The notes below the pieces were generated by a model that was not told the origin of the DNA, did no database searches, and was given only the letters and a program-made list of their open reading frames with translations. A stretch of 42,624 nt of DNA from Escherichia phage vB_Eco_Maverick. How positions within the stretch are numbered: position 1 is the stretch's first letter; each line of letters opens with the position of its first letter. The translations under genes and the position numbers were made by a program. Location of the stretch: the sequence record NC_073077.1. One strand, 5' to 3'. Of this stretch, positions 26,353 through 35,942 are shown in pieces.

Positions 26353-26802
26353 ATGGAACACGAAGACCTGGTCGACGAATTGCTTGAGGCTGAGAACAAA
26401 GCTGATTTGCAAGCACGCGCAGCATACATGGTCGGCAACATTAAGAAATCGCGCCACTACGCCGGATTGCGTGTAAAGGCGCAAGAGGACCGAACAATGA
26501 AAGCATTAATCTGGAATTACACAATGGCTGTGGCGAAGCTGTACGAAGCAAAACACACAAACGGCAACGCAGACGACGCGCGCCAGGCTGTCATCCTGGC
26601 CCAGCAGGGAATCATGAACGCGTTCGACGATATGTTTGCCAGCCTGGACGAACTGGAACCGCTGCGCGTGGCAATCTGCGAATATGCGATGGCATTTGCC
26701 CGTGAGCGCCTGGCGTATCGCTTTGGTATCGGCGAGACGGCAGTGACAAACGTCGCCCGGATTAAAGCCCAGCGCGAACTATTCGCCCAGCTTGCGAAAT
26801 AA
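26353..26802 (+). CDS. hypothetical protein
   Basis: 149-aa ORF with GAGGA Shine-Dalgarno; first gene after the iteron region. Confidence 0.55.
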   Translation: MEHEDLVDELLEAENKADLQARAAYMVGNIKKSRHYAGLRVKAQEDRTMKALIWNYTMAVAKLYEAKHTNGNADDARQAVILAQQGIMNAFDDMFASLDELEPLRVAICEYAMAFARERLAYRFGIGETAVTNVARIKAQRELFAQLAK

Positions 26803-26811
26803 GTGGTGAAA

Positions 26812-27093
26812 ATGGGCCGTAGACGAGCAAAACAGCTTTCGTGGCATATTCCCCTGCATTGCATACGAATATGGGCTAAGAATGCGGTTGAGGGCGAATC
26901 GGTATTCTGGTGCTATCGCGACGATGTGAAGCCGTTGACGCAGACTCGCTACTTGCACCAGTTCGCAGCACAACACGATTTCAGGGTGCGGACTTCCTTG
27001 CAACCAATGGGGATTCGTATTACATTACGCCGGAAGCCCGCCGTTGAGCGGGTAGGCAAACACTGGAGACTGAGCAAATGCAAAGAGCGCTAA
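26812..27093 (+). CDS. hypothetical protein
   Basis: 93-aa ORF starting MGRRRAKQL (longest frame begins at GTG 26803); basic, Trp/Cys-containing. Confidence 0.35.
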   Translation: MGRRRAKQLSWHIPLHCIRIWAKNAVEGESVFWCYRDDVKPLTQTRYLHQFAAQHDFRVRTSLQPMGIRITLRRKPAVERVGKHWRLSKCKER

Positions 27094-27198
27094 TGGCGGG
27101 ATTCTCGCAGAAGTTTATTTCAGCATAGCTGATTATGAGATGGACGGCATCGCTACGGTATGCGATGGCGACTATAAGACTGTTGACGAGATTGAGCA

Positions 27199-27444
27199 AT
27201 GAAATTACTATTCCGCCGTAAAGCTGACGGTCGCATCCTGAAGCCGATCCAGACCCTGGATTCCTACGTCCGCTTGCACCACGCGGCAAGCGATCGGGTA
27301 TTCCGCGCATCGAAGGGCACATTGCCGCAGTTCTTCGAAGTCCTCACACACGATATTGAGCGCGGCGATGTGTTGCGTGATATTCGCGACGGGCAATTGT
27401 CGGTCGTCATGGCCTGCGTATGCAATCCCGCAAGGATGGCGTAG
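27199..27444 (+). CDS. hypothetical protein
   Basis: 81-aa ORF in the plus-strand small-gene block. Confidence 0.4.
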   Translation: MKLLFRRKADGRILKPIQTLDSYVRLHHAASDRVFRASKGTLPQFFEVLTHDIERGDVLRDIRDGQLSVVMACVCNPARMA

Positions 27445-27698
27445 CTGGTATGACGTACTTCGGGCTAATCCACTACGTGCGCGTGGGTCGCAAGTACAGC
27501 CTTCGCGACCGCCAGCCGCATGAGCGCGCTACTTACGACGAGAACAAGGTGCGCCAGCATATCGACAACGCCAGAGCACAGGCTGCCGCTATGATTCAGG
27601 CTGGCAACGATGCCAAACGATTTGGGATTGGTGTTCTTCTGGTCTACCCCGACGGCAGCATGAAGTCTACCGATCCGCGCGGGGTCATTCTGAAATGA
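27420..27698 (+). CDS. hypothetical protein
   Basis: 92-aa ORF overlapping the previous gene. Confidence 0.4.
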   Translation: MQSRKDGVAGMTYFGLIHYVRVGRKYSLRDRQPHERATYDENKVRQHIDNARAQAAAMIQAGNDAKRFGIGVLLVYPDGSMKSTDPRGVILK

Positions 27699-27905
27699 GC
27701 GCCGTGATTCGTGATGTGCTAATGCATAACCGCTTTGAGATAGGCGGTAGGGTATTTCGCAATTACTTCGTGGCGCGAGCATGGGCGCGCCATATTGGCA
27801 AACCGGAAGGGGCAATTCGATGCTATACGTCTTCGCGGTAGTATGTGGCGGTAGTCTGGCGGCCCTGGTGTTGTTGGCGGCTGTTATTAGTCTGGTTAAA
27901 TACCT

Positions 27906-28205
27906 ATGGAGCAGATTATGATTCATGATGTGATTTATTGGTTTGGTATGGCCAGCATGTTATGCCTGGCTACGGGAGTGCTGGGCGCATTATGGGTATT
28001 CCTGGTATGGCCCGCCGTGGAAGCTGCCAGCATTACCCGCATGACGTTCGAGATATACAAGCGCCGTGGAATCACGGAGCACCCGACCAGGTTGCGCATG
28101 TGGTGGCTGTGGTATCGCGATATGATCGGCGGGCGAATGTTCGAGGCCGTCCGATCGGAAGGGTGGGAGTGGAAAGGCGTCGGCAAGTGGTCCATTTTCG
28201 ATTAA
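27906..28205 (+). CDS. small membrane protein
   Basis: 99-aa ORF with hydrophobic N-terminal region (WFGMASMLCLATGVLGALWVFLVWP); lies just upstream of the lysis cassette. Confidence 0.4.
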   Translation: MEQIMIHDVIYWFGMASMLCLATGVLGALWVFLVWPAVEAASITRMTFEIYKRRGITEHPTRLRMWWLWYRDMIGGRMFEAVRSEGWEWKGVGKWSIFD

Positions 28206-28223
28206 TTATGCAAGCGTGATATA

Positions 28224-28257
28224 GTCCCAGTGAGCTAAAACTTACTGGGACTTTTTT
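28224..28257 (+). terminator. rho-independent terminator immediately upstream of the holin start
   Basis: gtcccagtgag-ctaaaa-cttactgggac stem (one G-U pair) followed by tttttt, then ATG 28258. Confidence 0.6.
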
Positions 28258-28548
28258 ATGGATAAGCTAAACGAGTGGTTATTCGCCCTCGCATGTCTGG
28301 CAGGCGGCTTCGTAGGCGCACGCATTCATGGCGAGGCTACGAAAGGCCCGCTGAACTTCGTGTTATATATCGTGGTCGGCTTCTTGTGCGCCATTTTCGG
28401 TGCGCCAGCTATTGCCGAGTGGGCGGGCCTATCTGGCGAGCGCACTGTTGCCGGGTTGGGCTTCGTAACTGCAATCTTCTGGATGCCAATAGCCGCCCGG
28501 ATCAGGGAGACTATTGAGTCGTTCCGACTTCCGGGGGGCGCAAAATGA
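28258..28548 (+). CDS. holin
   Basis: 96 aa with three predicted transmembrane helices and a charged C-terminus; first gene of the holin/endolysin cassette. Confidence 0.6.
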   Translation: MDKLNEWLFALACLAGGFVGARIHGEATKGPLNFVLYIVVGFLCAIFGAPAIAEWAGLSGERTVAGLGFVTAIFWMPIAARIRETIESFRLPGGAK

Positions 28549-28790
28549 TTATCTCCGTCCTGTTGTTTGTTATCATAGGGGCTTCGTCCCTGTTTAACGT
28601 GTATGCGCCGTCCGTCCAGGATGGTGTTTTAGGCCGGGTGCTATATCTGCTAACGGCGATGATCTGCGTTATCGGATTGTTGCAAACAGGAGACGTATCT
28701 GACACCACCTGGACCGCGTTAATCTGGCTGTTTGCATTGCGCACGCTGCGTAATGCTGTTTTGAATGGGGTAAAACATGCGATTCAGTGA
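28545..28790 (+). CDS. second small membrane protein (holin/antiholin-like)
   Basis: 81 aa, two to three hydrophobic helices (ISVLLFVIIGASSLF, VLYLLTAMICVIGLL, ALIWLFAL); overlaps both neighbours. Confidence 0.5.
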   Translation: MIISVLLFVIIGASSLFNVYAPSVQDGVLGRVLYLLTAMICVIGLLQTGDVSDTTWTALIWLFALRTLRNAVLNGVKHAIQ

Positions 28791-29268
28791 CAACGGTCTA
28801 CGATTTACGGCAGCATGGGAGACGTTTAGCCCGGTGCCGTATTTCGCGACTAAGAAAGAGCAGGCCCGCGGCCTGTACACCTGGGGTTATGGTCACACTG
28901 GCACTAACCCGCCTCGAAGCATTACCCGCGCGGAAGCGCTGGAGCTACTTAAGCGCGATGTGGCGTATGCTGAGGACTGGGTGAACAAATACGCGCATAA
29001 GAGCATTAACCAGGCGCAATTCGACGCGCTGGTGGACCTAGTTATCAATGCAGGTCAAGGTCCGATCGTACCGGACCATATTGCCAATGACTTCGACGAC
29101 GCGGTGCGCTTGGGCGACTGGGCGAAGGTCCGTGCTACGCTGCCGCAGTTCCGCAAGCAAGGCGGCGAAGTGCTTAAGGGTCTGGTACGCCGTGCAATCG
29201 GCAGACAGGCGTTGTTTGATGGTAAGCAGTGGGACGTTGCCGAACGAATCGGTCGTAACGCTGCATAA
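28777..29268 (+). CDS. endolysin, T4-type lysozyme (glycoside hydrolase family 24-like)
   Basis: Catalytic-region signature TAAWETFSPVPY...GLYTWGYGHTG (Glu followed by Asp/Thr spacing as in phage lysozymes); 163 aa; follows holin genes. Confidence 0.8.
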   Translation: MRFSDNGLRFTAAWETFSPVPYFATKKEQARGLYTWGYGHTGTNPPRSITRAEALELLKRDVAYAEDWVNKYAHKSINQAQFDALVDLVINAGQGPIVPDHIANDFDDAVRLGDWAKVRATLPQFRKQGGEVLKGLVRRAIGRQALFDGKQWDVAERIGRNAA

Positions 29269-29284
29269 TACGAGGTGACACGAT

Positions 29285-29452
29285 ATGTTAAAAAGTATTC
29301 TTGATCATAATGCGGACGCGCTTGCCGCACTGGCTAAAACCGAAGACCCAGGCGCACGCGCTATCATCGCGGACTCTATCAACCACGCCGGGGTCTTCGA
29401 TGCGAAGCTGCCAAGCCCACCACCGCAGGAGGAATCTGGCCCCGCAGCGTAA
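29285..29452 (+). CDS. small hypothetical protein
   Basis: 55-aa ORF found by eye with GAGG Shine-Dalgarno; followed by a terminator. Confidence 0.3.
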   Translation: MLKSILDHNADALAALAKTEDPGARAIIADSINHAGVFDAKLPSPPPQEESGPAA

Positions 29453-29460
29453 ACAATTAA

Positions 29461-29484
29461 GCCCGGAATTAACCGGGCTTTTTA
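29461..29484 (+). terminator. rho-independent terminator after the lysis cassette
   Basis: gcccgg-aattaa-ccgggc stem followed by ttttt. Confidence 0.7.
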
Positions 29485-29666
29485 TTGCTTGACTCGCAAC
29501 CAATCAACGAGAGGAGTAATCAAGATGGCACGTAAAGATATTTGGGTATTAGCGATCTGGACCACCGCGGCTTTTATCGGCATGGTTATTTGCGAATTGA
29601 TATAGCCCGCCGCCATATGGACCGTGGTATATTGTCCACGGTCCACTAATCAGGAATTAATTAAAT

Positions 29667-30809
29667 ATGCACCCGCAAACTAAAATTACCGATGAGCAAT
29701 TGATCGCAGAAATTCAGGCAGGGACTACGGTTAAAGAGATTGCGAAGAAATACGGCATTGCACTTCGAAATGTCTATATGCGCAAAGCCCGCCTGTCGAA
29801 AAAGGGGATTGGTCATGGCAATGATGCCGTGATCCGTAAGCGCGTTGCCGATGGCTTTGGGGTTAAGCGCGTATCGGCCCTGGTGCGCGGTAATGGCGAA
29901 GAGGTCATGTCGTGGGTCATCACTGAGCAGGACAAGGAGCGCCAACTCGAAGCTATGCGCGCTGTTGTCGAGGGTATGAACAGCGAAATCACACCGGCAG
30001 CGCCAGTAAACGCCCCGCCAGTACCGATCCAGGCGCTAGACTTGCTCAACCTGTACACCGTGTCCGACTTCCACCTGGGTATGTTGGCATGGGGCGAGGA
30101 GACTGGCGAAGACTGGGATATGGCGATAGCCGAAGACCTGTTCTACCGCTGGTTTGTCGAAGCCTTCGCCCGCGCCCCGGACGCAGGCACTGCCGTAATT
30201 AATATCCTCGGTGATATGGCCCACTTTGATAGCCTCGATGCTGTCACTCCGGCAAGTGGTCACATACTGGACGCCGACACCCGATACCAGAAGTTGGTCC
30301 GCTACATGATTCGCATGGTGCGCAACGTCGTCGAACTTGCCCTGCAAAAACACCACAAAGTCAAACTGCTAATCGTCCAGGGGAATCATGATGAGTCGGG
30401 CATGATTTGGCTTGCTGAGATGTTCAACACGCTGTACGAGAACGAGCCGCGCGTCGATGTGGATACGTCCCCGGACGTCTACAAAATGGTGCAGCACGGC
30501 AAGACCACGCTATTTTTCCACCACGGGCATAAAGCGCGCTTTGACGCTATCGAAACCGTCATGATTTCTAAATTCAGACAGGCTTTCGGGGCCAGTGAGT
30601 ACAGCTACGCGCACGTAGGCCACTTGCACCACCAGAAGATTGTAGAATCCCGCAACATGATTGTTGAACAGCACCGGACGCTCGCAGCGAAAGACGCCTA
30701 CGCCAGTCGTGGCGGTTGGATGAGCGGTCGCAGCGCAAACGTCATCACCTATAGCGCCAACTACGGCGAAGTAGCGCGCTTAACCATTAGCCCGGAAATG
30801 TTGAAGTAA
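29667..30809 (+). CDS. HTH-containing calcineurin-like metallophosphoesterase (SbcD/Mre11-like)
   Basis: N-terminal HTH TTVKEIAKKYGIALRNVYMRKAR; phosphoesterase motifs in order SDFHLG, GDMAHFD, GNHDE, HHGH, GHLHH; lies immediately upstream of terS. Confidence 0.65.
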   Translation: MHPQTKITDEQLIAEIQAGTTVKEIAKKYGIALRNVYMRKARLSKKGIGHGNDAVIRKRVADGFGVKRVSALVRGNGEEVMSWVITEQDKERQLEAMRAVVEGMNSEITPAAPVNAPPVPIQALDLLNLYTVSDFHLGMLAWGEETGEDWDMAIAEDLFYRWFVEAFARAPDAGTAVINILGDMAHFDSLDAVTPASGHILDADTRYQKLVRYMIRMVRNVVELALQKHHKVKLLIVQGNHDESGMIWLAEMFNTLYENEPRVDVDTSPDVYKMVQHGKTTLFFHHGHKARFDAIETVMISKFRQAFGASEYSYAHVGHLHHQKIVESRNMIVEQHRTLAAKDAYASRGGWMSGRSANVITYSANYGEVARLTISPEMLK

Positions 30810-30939
30810 CGGCAACCCATAAGCCTCCCAGCCTGCCGATTTGGTGGGCTTTTTTGTGCCTGTTATAATCCCCCTTAGATGGCAGGGCCGTCTCCTATGT
30901 TGCCGATGGTCGGCGCATATGAACAAAAGGGCTTATATC

Positions 30940-31491
30940 ATGGCAGAAATTAAAGTTAAGGGCCGACGCGCCAAACTGGACGGACGAGTAGCAGTAACCC
31001 CTCGCCGTAAACCAGGCGAGCAAACCGAGCACACCAATCTCGGACCTGAAATCGAGTACGGAAAGCGCCGTAAAGGCGGCAAATGTGGACGCCCTACTGA
31101 CTACCGATCCGTTTACTGCGACCAGCTTCGCCGCTATTTTGCCGACGCCGACGCATGGCAGGTCAACTACTCCGATAAAGGCGCTGCGCAAGTAATCCCC
31201 CGGAACAAAATGCCAACCTTCGGCCGATTTGCCGCTGAAATCGGCGTGGGCGTAGCTTGCTTGTATCGCTGGGCGCGTGCGCATGAGGAGTTTGCCGAGG
31301 CGATGGCGGACGCAATGGAGTTGCAGAAAACTTTCCTGATGGAAGCTGGCGGCGTAACCATCGCGGCGGGCTTCGCTACGTTCCTGCTTAAAGCAAACCA
31401 CGGCGTCCGCGACGATGTACCGCTGGATGACGACGAAGATGATAACGGCGACGTAGTTGTCGAACCTTCCGGCAAAGGTCAGGGTGAATAA
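30940..31491 (+). CDS. terminase small subunit
   Basis: 183-aa basic N-terminus and acidic C-terminus, directly upstream of and overlapping the large terminase; start at MAEIKVKG with AAGG Shine-Dalgarno, alternative starts at 30919 or 30841. Confidence 0.6.
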   Translation: MAEIKVKGRRAKLDGRVAVTPRRKPGEQTEHTNLGPEIEYGKRRKGGKCGRPTDYRSVYCDQLRRYFADADAWQVNYSDKGAAQVIPRNKMPTFGRFAAEIGVGVACLYRWARAHEEFAEAMADAMELQKTFLMEAGGVTIAAGFATFLLKANHGVRDDVPLDDDEDDNGDVVVEPSGKGQGE

Positions 31492-32876
31492 TGCGTAACT
31501 ATGCGGCAGAACACCGCGCACTGGAACGCGCGATCGCAAAGCGCAACCGACCGCCACGCCCGACACGCGTTGCGCAGGCCGTCCGCCTTTACCAGCCTGA
31601 TTGCTTGCCGCACCAGGTTGAACTACTGCGCGACACAAAGACTAAAATCCTCGGCCTGTGCTCCGGCTTCGGCGGTGGAAAGTCGTGGGTCGCTGCGCGT
31701 AAGGTCATCCAGCTTTTAACCCTGAACCCAGGTAATGACGGCATCGTTACAGAACCGACTATTCCGCTCCTGGTTAAAATCATGTATCCGGAACTGGAGA
31801 AGGCATTCGACGAGGCTGGATTCCGGTGGAAGTTCAATAAGCAGGACAAGATTTATAGCGTGCTGGTGAAAGGGAAATGGACCCGCGTTATCTGTGAATC
31901 AATGGAGAACTATACCCGCCTGATCGGGGTCAACGCCGCATGGATTGTCGCCGATGAATTCGACACTACTAAGCAAGACGTCGCGCTGGCGGCGTATCAC
32001 AAATTGCTCGGTCGTCTGCGTGCGGGCTTCGTCCGCCAGTTCGTCATCGTGTCAACGCCTGAAGGCTACCGGGCGATGTATCAAATTTTCGAGGTGGAGA
32101 AAGACAACCAGAAACGCTTGATCCGGGCGAAGACCACGGACAACCACCATTTACCGGCAGACTTTATCGACACGCTGCGCAGTCAGTACCCGGCTAACCT
32201 GATTGATGCGTACCTGAACGGCCTGTTTGTTAACCTTACGTCGGGCGCGGTGTACAAGATGTTCAACCGAGAGGAGAACGCCAGCACCGAAGAAGTGCAG
32301 CCGGACGACACGCTGATTATCGGTATGGACTTTAACGTCACTAAGATGGCGGCGGTTGTGTACGTCAGACGGCAGCGAGTCACCGAGAACAAGGAGTTCC
32401 GCGACGAGATTCACGCGGTGGATGAATTTGTGGACCTGTTTGATACCCCGGCTATGATTGAGGCGATCGAGGAGCGATACCCCGATCATTGTGCTGCCGG
32501 TCGTGTTGTCGTTTACCCGGATAGCAGCGGCAAGTCTCGCAAGACTGTCAACGCATCGTCGTCAGATATCGCGCAACTGGAAGACGCGGGCTTCGAGGTG
32601 GAGTATGACAGCGTTAACCCGCCTGTGAAAGACCGATTGATCGCGATGAATACGATGATGTGCAACTCGAAGGGCGTGCGCCAGTATTTTGTCAACCTGG
32701 ATAAATGCCCTACACTAGCGAAATGTCTGGAACAGCAGGTTTACGACCTGAAGAAAGGCGAGCCGGATAAGACCGCCGGTGTGGACCACATGAACGATGC
32801 CGCGGGATACCCAATTGCGCACCTGTTCCCAGTGATTCGTCCGATCGCCGTTGTTCCAACTGTAGACTTCTACTAA
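31491..32876 (+). CDS. terminase large subunit
   Basis: Walker A-like LCSGFGGGKSW, Walker B WIVADEFD, C-terminal nuclease-like acidic motifs; 461 aa; followed by the portal gene. Confidence 0.9.
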   Translation: MRNYAAEHRALERAIAKRNRPPRPTRVAQAVRLYQPDCLPHQVELLRDTKTKILGLCSGFGGGKSWVAARKVIQLLTLNPGNDGIVTEPTIPLLVKIMYPELEKAFDEAGFRWKFNKQDKIYSVLVKGKWTRVICESMENYTRLIGVNAAWIVADEFDTTKQDVALAAYHKLLGRLRAGFVRQFVIVSTPEGYRAMYQIFEVEKDNQKRLIRAKTTDNHHLPADFIDTLRSQYPANLIDAYLNGLFVNLTSGAVYKMFNREENASTEEVQPDDTLIIGMDFNVTKMAAVVYVRRQRVTENKEFRDEIHAVDEFVDLFDTPAMIEAIEERYPDHCAAGRVVVYPDSSGKSRKTVNASSSDIAQLEDAGFEVEYDSVNPPVKDRLIAMNTMMCNSKGVRQYFVNLDKCPTLAKCLEQQVYDLKKGEPDKTAGVDHMNDAAGYPIAHLFPVIRPIAVVPTVDFY

Positions 32877-32886
32877 GGAAACGACC

Positions 32887-34407
32887 ATGACCGTTAACGT
32901 TGACAACCAGCACCCGCTCTATGCGCGCATCGCGCCAGAGTGGAAAATGATCCGCGATTGTGTGGCAGGGGAGCGCGCCGTGAAGGCGTGCGGCCCCTTG
33001 TACTTGCCTCATCCCGCCAGTGGCGACAATACGGACCCGAAAGCACGGGCGCGGTATAAGGCGTACAAGCAACGCGCTGTATTCCTGAACGCCACCGCCC
33101 GCACACTTAACGCGCTGTTAGGCGTTGCCTTTGCTAAACCGGTAAGTCTGGACCTTTCCGGGGCGATGGCTGACCTGATTGACGACGTAGACGGCAGCGG
33201 TATGCCTCTGCCGCAACTACTGCGCGGTGCTATGTCGGAAGTGCTGCAATCAGGCCGTGCGGGCTTTATGGTGGACTACGATCGCCAGGCGCATTTTGAT
33301 GAACTGGGTAACGTAGTTCCGCAGACAGCCGCCGAGATGGCGTCACACCGCCCTCTTATCCGCCTGTACACGGCAGAACAGATCATCAACTGGCGGCAGA
33401 CCCACGGCGTCGATACGCTAATTGTGCTGAAGGAAACGGACGAAATCAGCACCGAAGACCCGGACGACTTCGCAAACCACGAAGTAACAATCTGGACCGA
33501 GCTTCGCATGATTAACGGTGCGGCACACGCCCGCCGCTGGTACTACAACGCGGACACGTCCGAGGTGCAAATGGACTTGCCGCGCGGCTTCACCCGAACC
33601 GACCTTGTACCACTGGTGGATGCTGCCGGTAACGCGCTTACGCAACTACCGTTTTGCTGGTGCGGTGCGGTGGACAACAACGCAACGCCTGACGCCGCTC
33701 CGCTGGCGGATATCGCATCCATCAACATTAAGCACTACAACGCCGAAGCGGACGTCGCCGAGATTGCGCACATCGTGGGCCAGCCTACCCTAGTTGCGAC
33801 GGGCTTGACCCAATCATGGGCGGACAAGAACCTGAAGGGCGGCATTGCCCTCGGTGCGACTAAGGGCGTTATCCTGGGCCAGAACATGGACGCTAAACTG
33901 ATCCAGGCGGAGGAGCGCAACTTGTCTGTTGCACTGTGTGAGCGTCGCGAATTGCAAATGGCTAAACTTGGCGCGGCCCTGGTCGAGAAGGGGACCGCAC
34001 CTAAGACGGCAACGGAAGCGGCCTACGATGCGCAGACTGATAACAGTATCCTGTCACTGATCGCCGGTAACGTCGAGAAGGCTTTCAACCGTGCGCTGCA
34101 AATCGTCCAGCTATTCACGGGCGACACCGCCGACCAGCGTGTGACGCTGAATAAGTTCTACACCGAAATCACGGTTGATGCGCAGCTTATGACCGCGATG
34201 ATGTCGGGTGTGCAGACGGGTACGGTCCGCCTGGCTGACTTCATCAAGTGGATGATGGCGCAGGGTGTCATCGACGACTCGCAAACCGTCGAGCAGGTGG
34301 AAGACGAATTGCGAAATCAGAATCCATTGCCTCAAATGTCCCCTGATGCGGTAGAATCTACCGAAGAAGACCCGGACAAGGTAGCGGACAATGGCGAAGA
34401 CAATTAA
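32887..34407 (+). CDS. portal protein
   Basis: 506-aa ORF directly after the terminase with acidic C-terminus; size and position typical of portal. Confidence 0.8.
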   Translation: MTVNVDNQHPLYARIAPEWKMIRDCVAGERAVKACGPLYLPHPASGDNTDPKARARYKAYKQRAVFLNATARTLNALLGVAFAKPVSLDLSGAMADLIDDVDGSGMPLPQLLRGAMSEVLQSGRAGFMVDYDRQAHFDELGNVVPQTAAEMASHRPLIRLYTAEQIINWRQTHGVDTLIVLKETDEISTEDPDDFANHEVTIWTELRMINGAAHARRWYYNADTSEVQMDLPRGFTRTDLVPLVDAAGNALTQLPFCWCGAVDNNATPDAAPLADIASINIKHYNAEADVAEIAHIVGQPTLVATGLTQSWADKNLKGGIALGATKGVILGQNMDAKLIQAEERNLSVALCERRELQMAKLGAALVEKGTAPKTATEAAYDAQTDNSILSLIAGNVEKAFNRALQIVQLFTGDTADQRVTLNKFYTEITVDAQLMTAMMSGVQTGTVRLADFIKWMMAQGVIDDSQTVEQVEDELRNQNPLPQMSPDAVESTEEDPDKVADNGEDN

Positions 34408-35494
34408 TCAACATTTGGCGGATCGAATGATTCGCCGTCACATCTTCACCCAGCGCCTGAGCAATGATCAGGCGCGGAGGGTGCTGGCTATGTGGGAGAA
34501 GTTCCGGCCCACTTTACTTGGTAAGCTGACCGAGTTACTTGATGGCAAAAAGTCCATGAGCAACAAGGCACTTACCACACTGTTAACCCAAATCGACAAG
34601 ACCGTCAAAACGGAACTGCGCGCCGAGTTTAAAGTGCTGGCGGAGAGCCTTCAGGAGTTCGCCGACACCGAGGCTGATTATCTCGCGGACACACTAACGG
34701 CAGCGATCCAGCCCGCTGTCGCTGTACCAGCGGTTGAGGTGGTGGGTGTAGTTACGGGCGCGCAGATTGCAGCGACTGCAATGAAAAACCCGTTCCAGGG
34801 AAACACCATGATGCAATGGCCTGATTCACTTTCCGAGTGGACTAGGACGCAGATCGGCAATCAGGTGCGCGCTGGATTCATCCAGGGCAAGCCGACGATG
34901 GAAATTATCGCGGATGTGAGGCGCGCGCTAGGCGGTCGTAGTGCGCAAGCAATCTCAAGCGTTGTTAAGTCCGCGGTCAACCACTATGCGGCGACCGCCC
35001 GCGAATTAATGGTAAAAGCTAATGACGATATTCTCGAAGGTCGCCAATGGTTGGCTACATTGGACACGCATACTTCTCCCATGTGCCAGCTACGCGATCG
35101 CCTGTTTTATCCGGTTGATGTTACCCCCGACACCAAAGGAAAGCGCGGCGGGAAAGTGGTGGCGGGGTCACAATATGGCGCTGGTCCGGGCAAGCTGCAT
35201 TATTGCTGCCGTTCGACGGAGACGTGGAAAGTCAAAGGTATGGAAGATTGGCCCAGTGGTAAGCGTCCGGCACTGAAGGCTGACGCAGGCAGATTGCTGA
35301 GTGAGCAGGTCGACGCGCAGACTGATTTCTTCTCATGGGTGCAGCGCCAGCCGCGCCATATTCTGGAGGAATTATATGGGGTGCAGCGCGCCGATCAGAT
35401 TATGCGCGGCGTGAAAGTGCCGAAGATGTTCACCGATACTGGCGAACTAATGACTATTGCACAGCTTAAAAACCGGGGGTTATGGCGTGATTAA
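34391..35494 (+). CDS. minor head protein (Mu F / SPP1 gp7-like head morphogenesis protein)
   Basis: 367 aa following the portal; conserved-looking segment WLATLDTHTSPMCQLRDRLFYPVD as in head morphogenesis proteins. Confidence 0.7.
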   Translation: MAKTINQHLADRMIRRHIFTQRLSNDQARRVLAMWEKFRPTLLGKLTELLDGKKSMSNKALTTLLTQIDKTVKTELRAEFKVLAESLQEFADTEADYLADTLTAAIQPAVAVPAVEVVGVVTGAQIAATAMKNPFQGNTMMQWPDSLSEWTRTQIGNQVRAGFIQGKPTMEIIADVRRALGGRSAQAISSVVKSAVNHYAATARELMVKANDDILEGRQWLATLDTHTSPMCQLRDRLFYPVDVTPDTKGKRGGKVVAGSQYGAGPGKLHYCCRSTETWKVKGMEDWPSGKRPALKADAGRLLSEQVDAQTDFFSWVQRQPRHILEELYGVQRADQIMRGVKVPKMFTDTGELMTIAQLKNRGLWRD

Positions 35495-35816
35495 GTATGC
35501 AGCGATTGGGCTGGTTATCGGTCTGGTGGTAGGATTCTGGCTAGGTGACTCCTATCGCGCTGGCGTAGTGGCGGGGGCGGCGCAAGAAGCGCAAGCAGAA
35601 GCCCAACGGCAGCAAACTAAAGTTATTGAGCGCTCCGTGCAGGCCGAACAAGCCCGCGACGTAGAATACCGGACTATCACGAAAGAGGTTGTTAAATATG
35701 TTACGCGCCCTAACCGCCCTGATTGTAGTTTTGATGCTGAGCGCGTGCGGATCAAGCAACGTGCCGTTGATGCCGCTAACGGAGTCGGCACTGCGACCGC
35801 CGTGCAAGTTCGATAA
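35457..35816 (+). CDS. i-spanin (Rz-like) candidate
   Basis: N-terminal transmembrane helix (AAIGLVIGLVVGFWLG) followed by a charged coiled coil; contains an embedded out-of-frame lipoprotein ORF; true start may be an internal GTG. Confidence 0.5.
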   Translation: MHSLKTGGYGVIKYAAIGLVIGLVVGFWLGDSYRAGVVAGAAQEAQAEAQRQQTKVIERSVQAEQARDVEYRTITKEVVKYVTRPNRPDCSFDAERVRIKQRAVDAANGVGTATAVQVR

Positions 35817-35928
35817 CCCGTCCGCGGACCCCGACGAAGATTTGATGATTGACGTGAAAAATATGGAATGCGGCGCGAAGCTAAGGGCGCAAGTGCTGGA
35901 TTTGCAGAAAATAATTCGGGGGCTGTGA
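35689..35928 (+). CDS. o-spanin (Rz1-like outer-membrane lipoprotein) candidate
   Basis: Signal peptide plus lipobox LMLSAC, Pro-rich mature part, embedded in the +1 frame of the i-spanin candidate. Confidence 0.55.
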   Translation: MLNMLRALTALIVVLMLSACGSSNVPLMPLTESALRPPCKFDNPSADPDEDLMIDVKNMECGAKLRAQVLDLQKIIRGL

Positions 35929-35942
35929 TGGCCCCCTTTTGT
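35918..35942. terminator. hairpin terminator between convergent genes
   Basis: gggggc-tgtgatg-gccccc stem followed by tttt on the plus strand. Confidence 0.55.

Noticed and set aside
30895-31638. 247-aa minus-strand ORF overlapping terS and terL
   Set aside because: Antisense to the terminase genes, no RBS, Ala/Arg/Gly-rich low-complexity product
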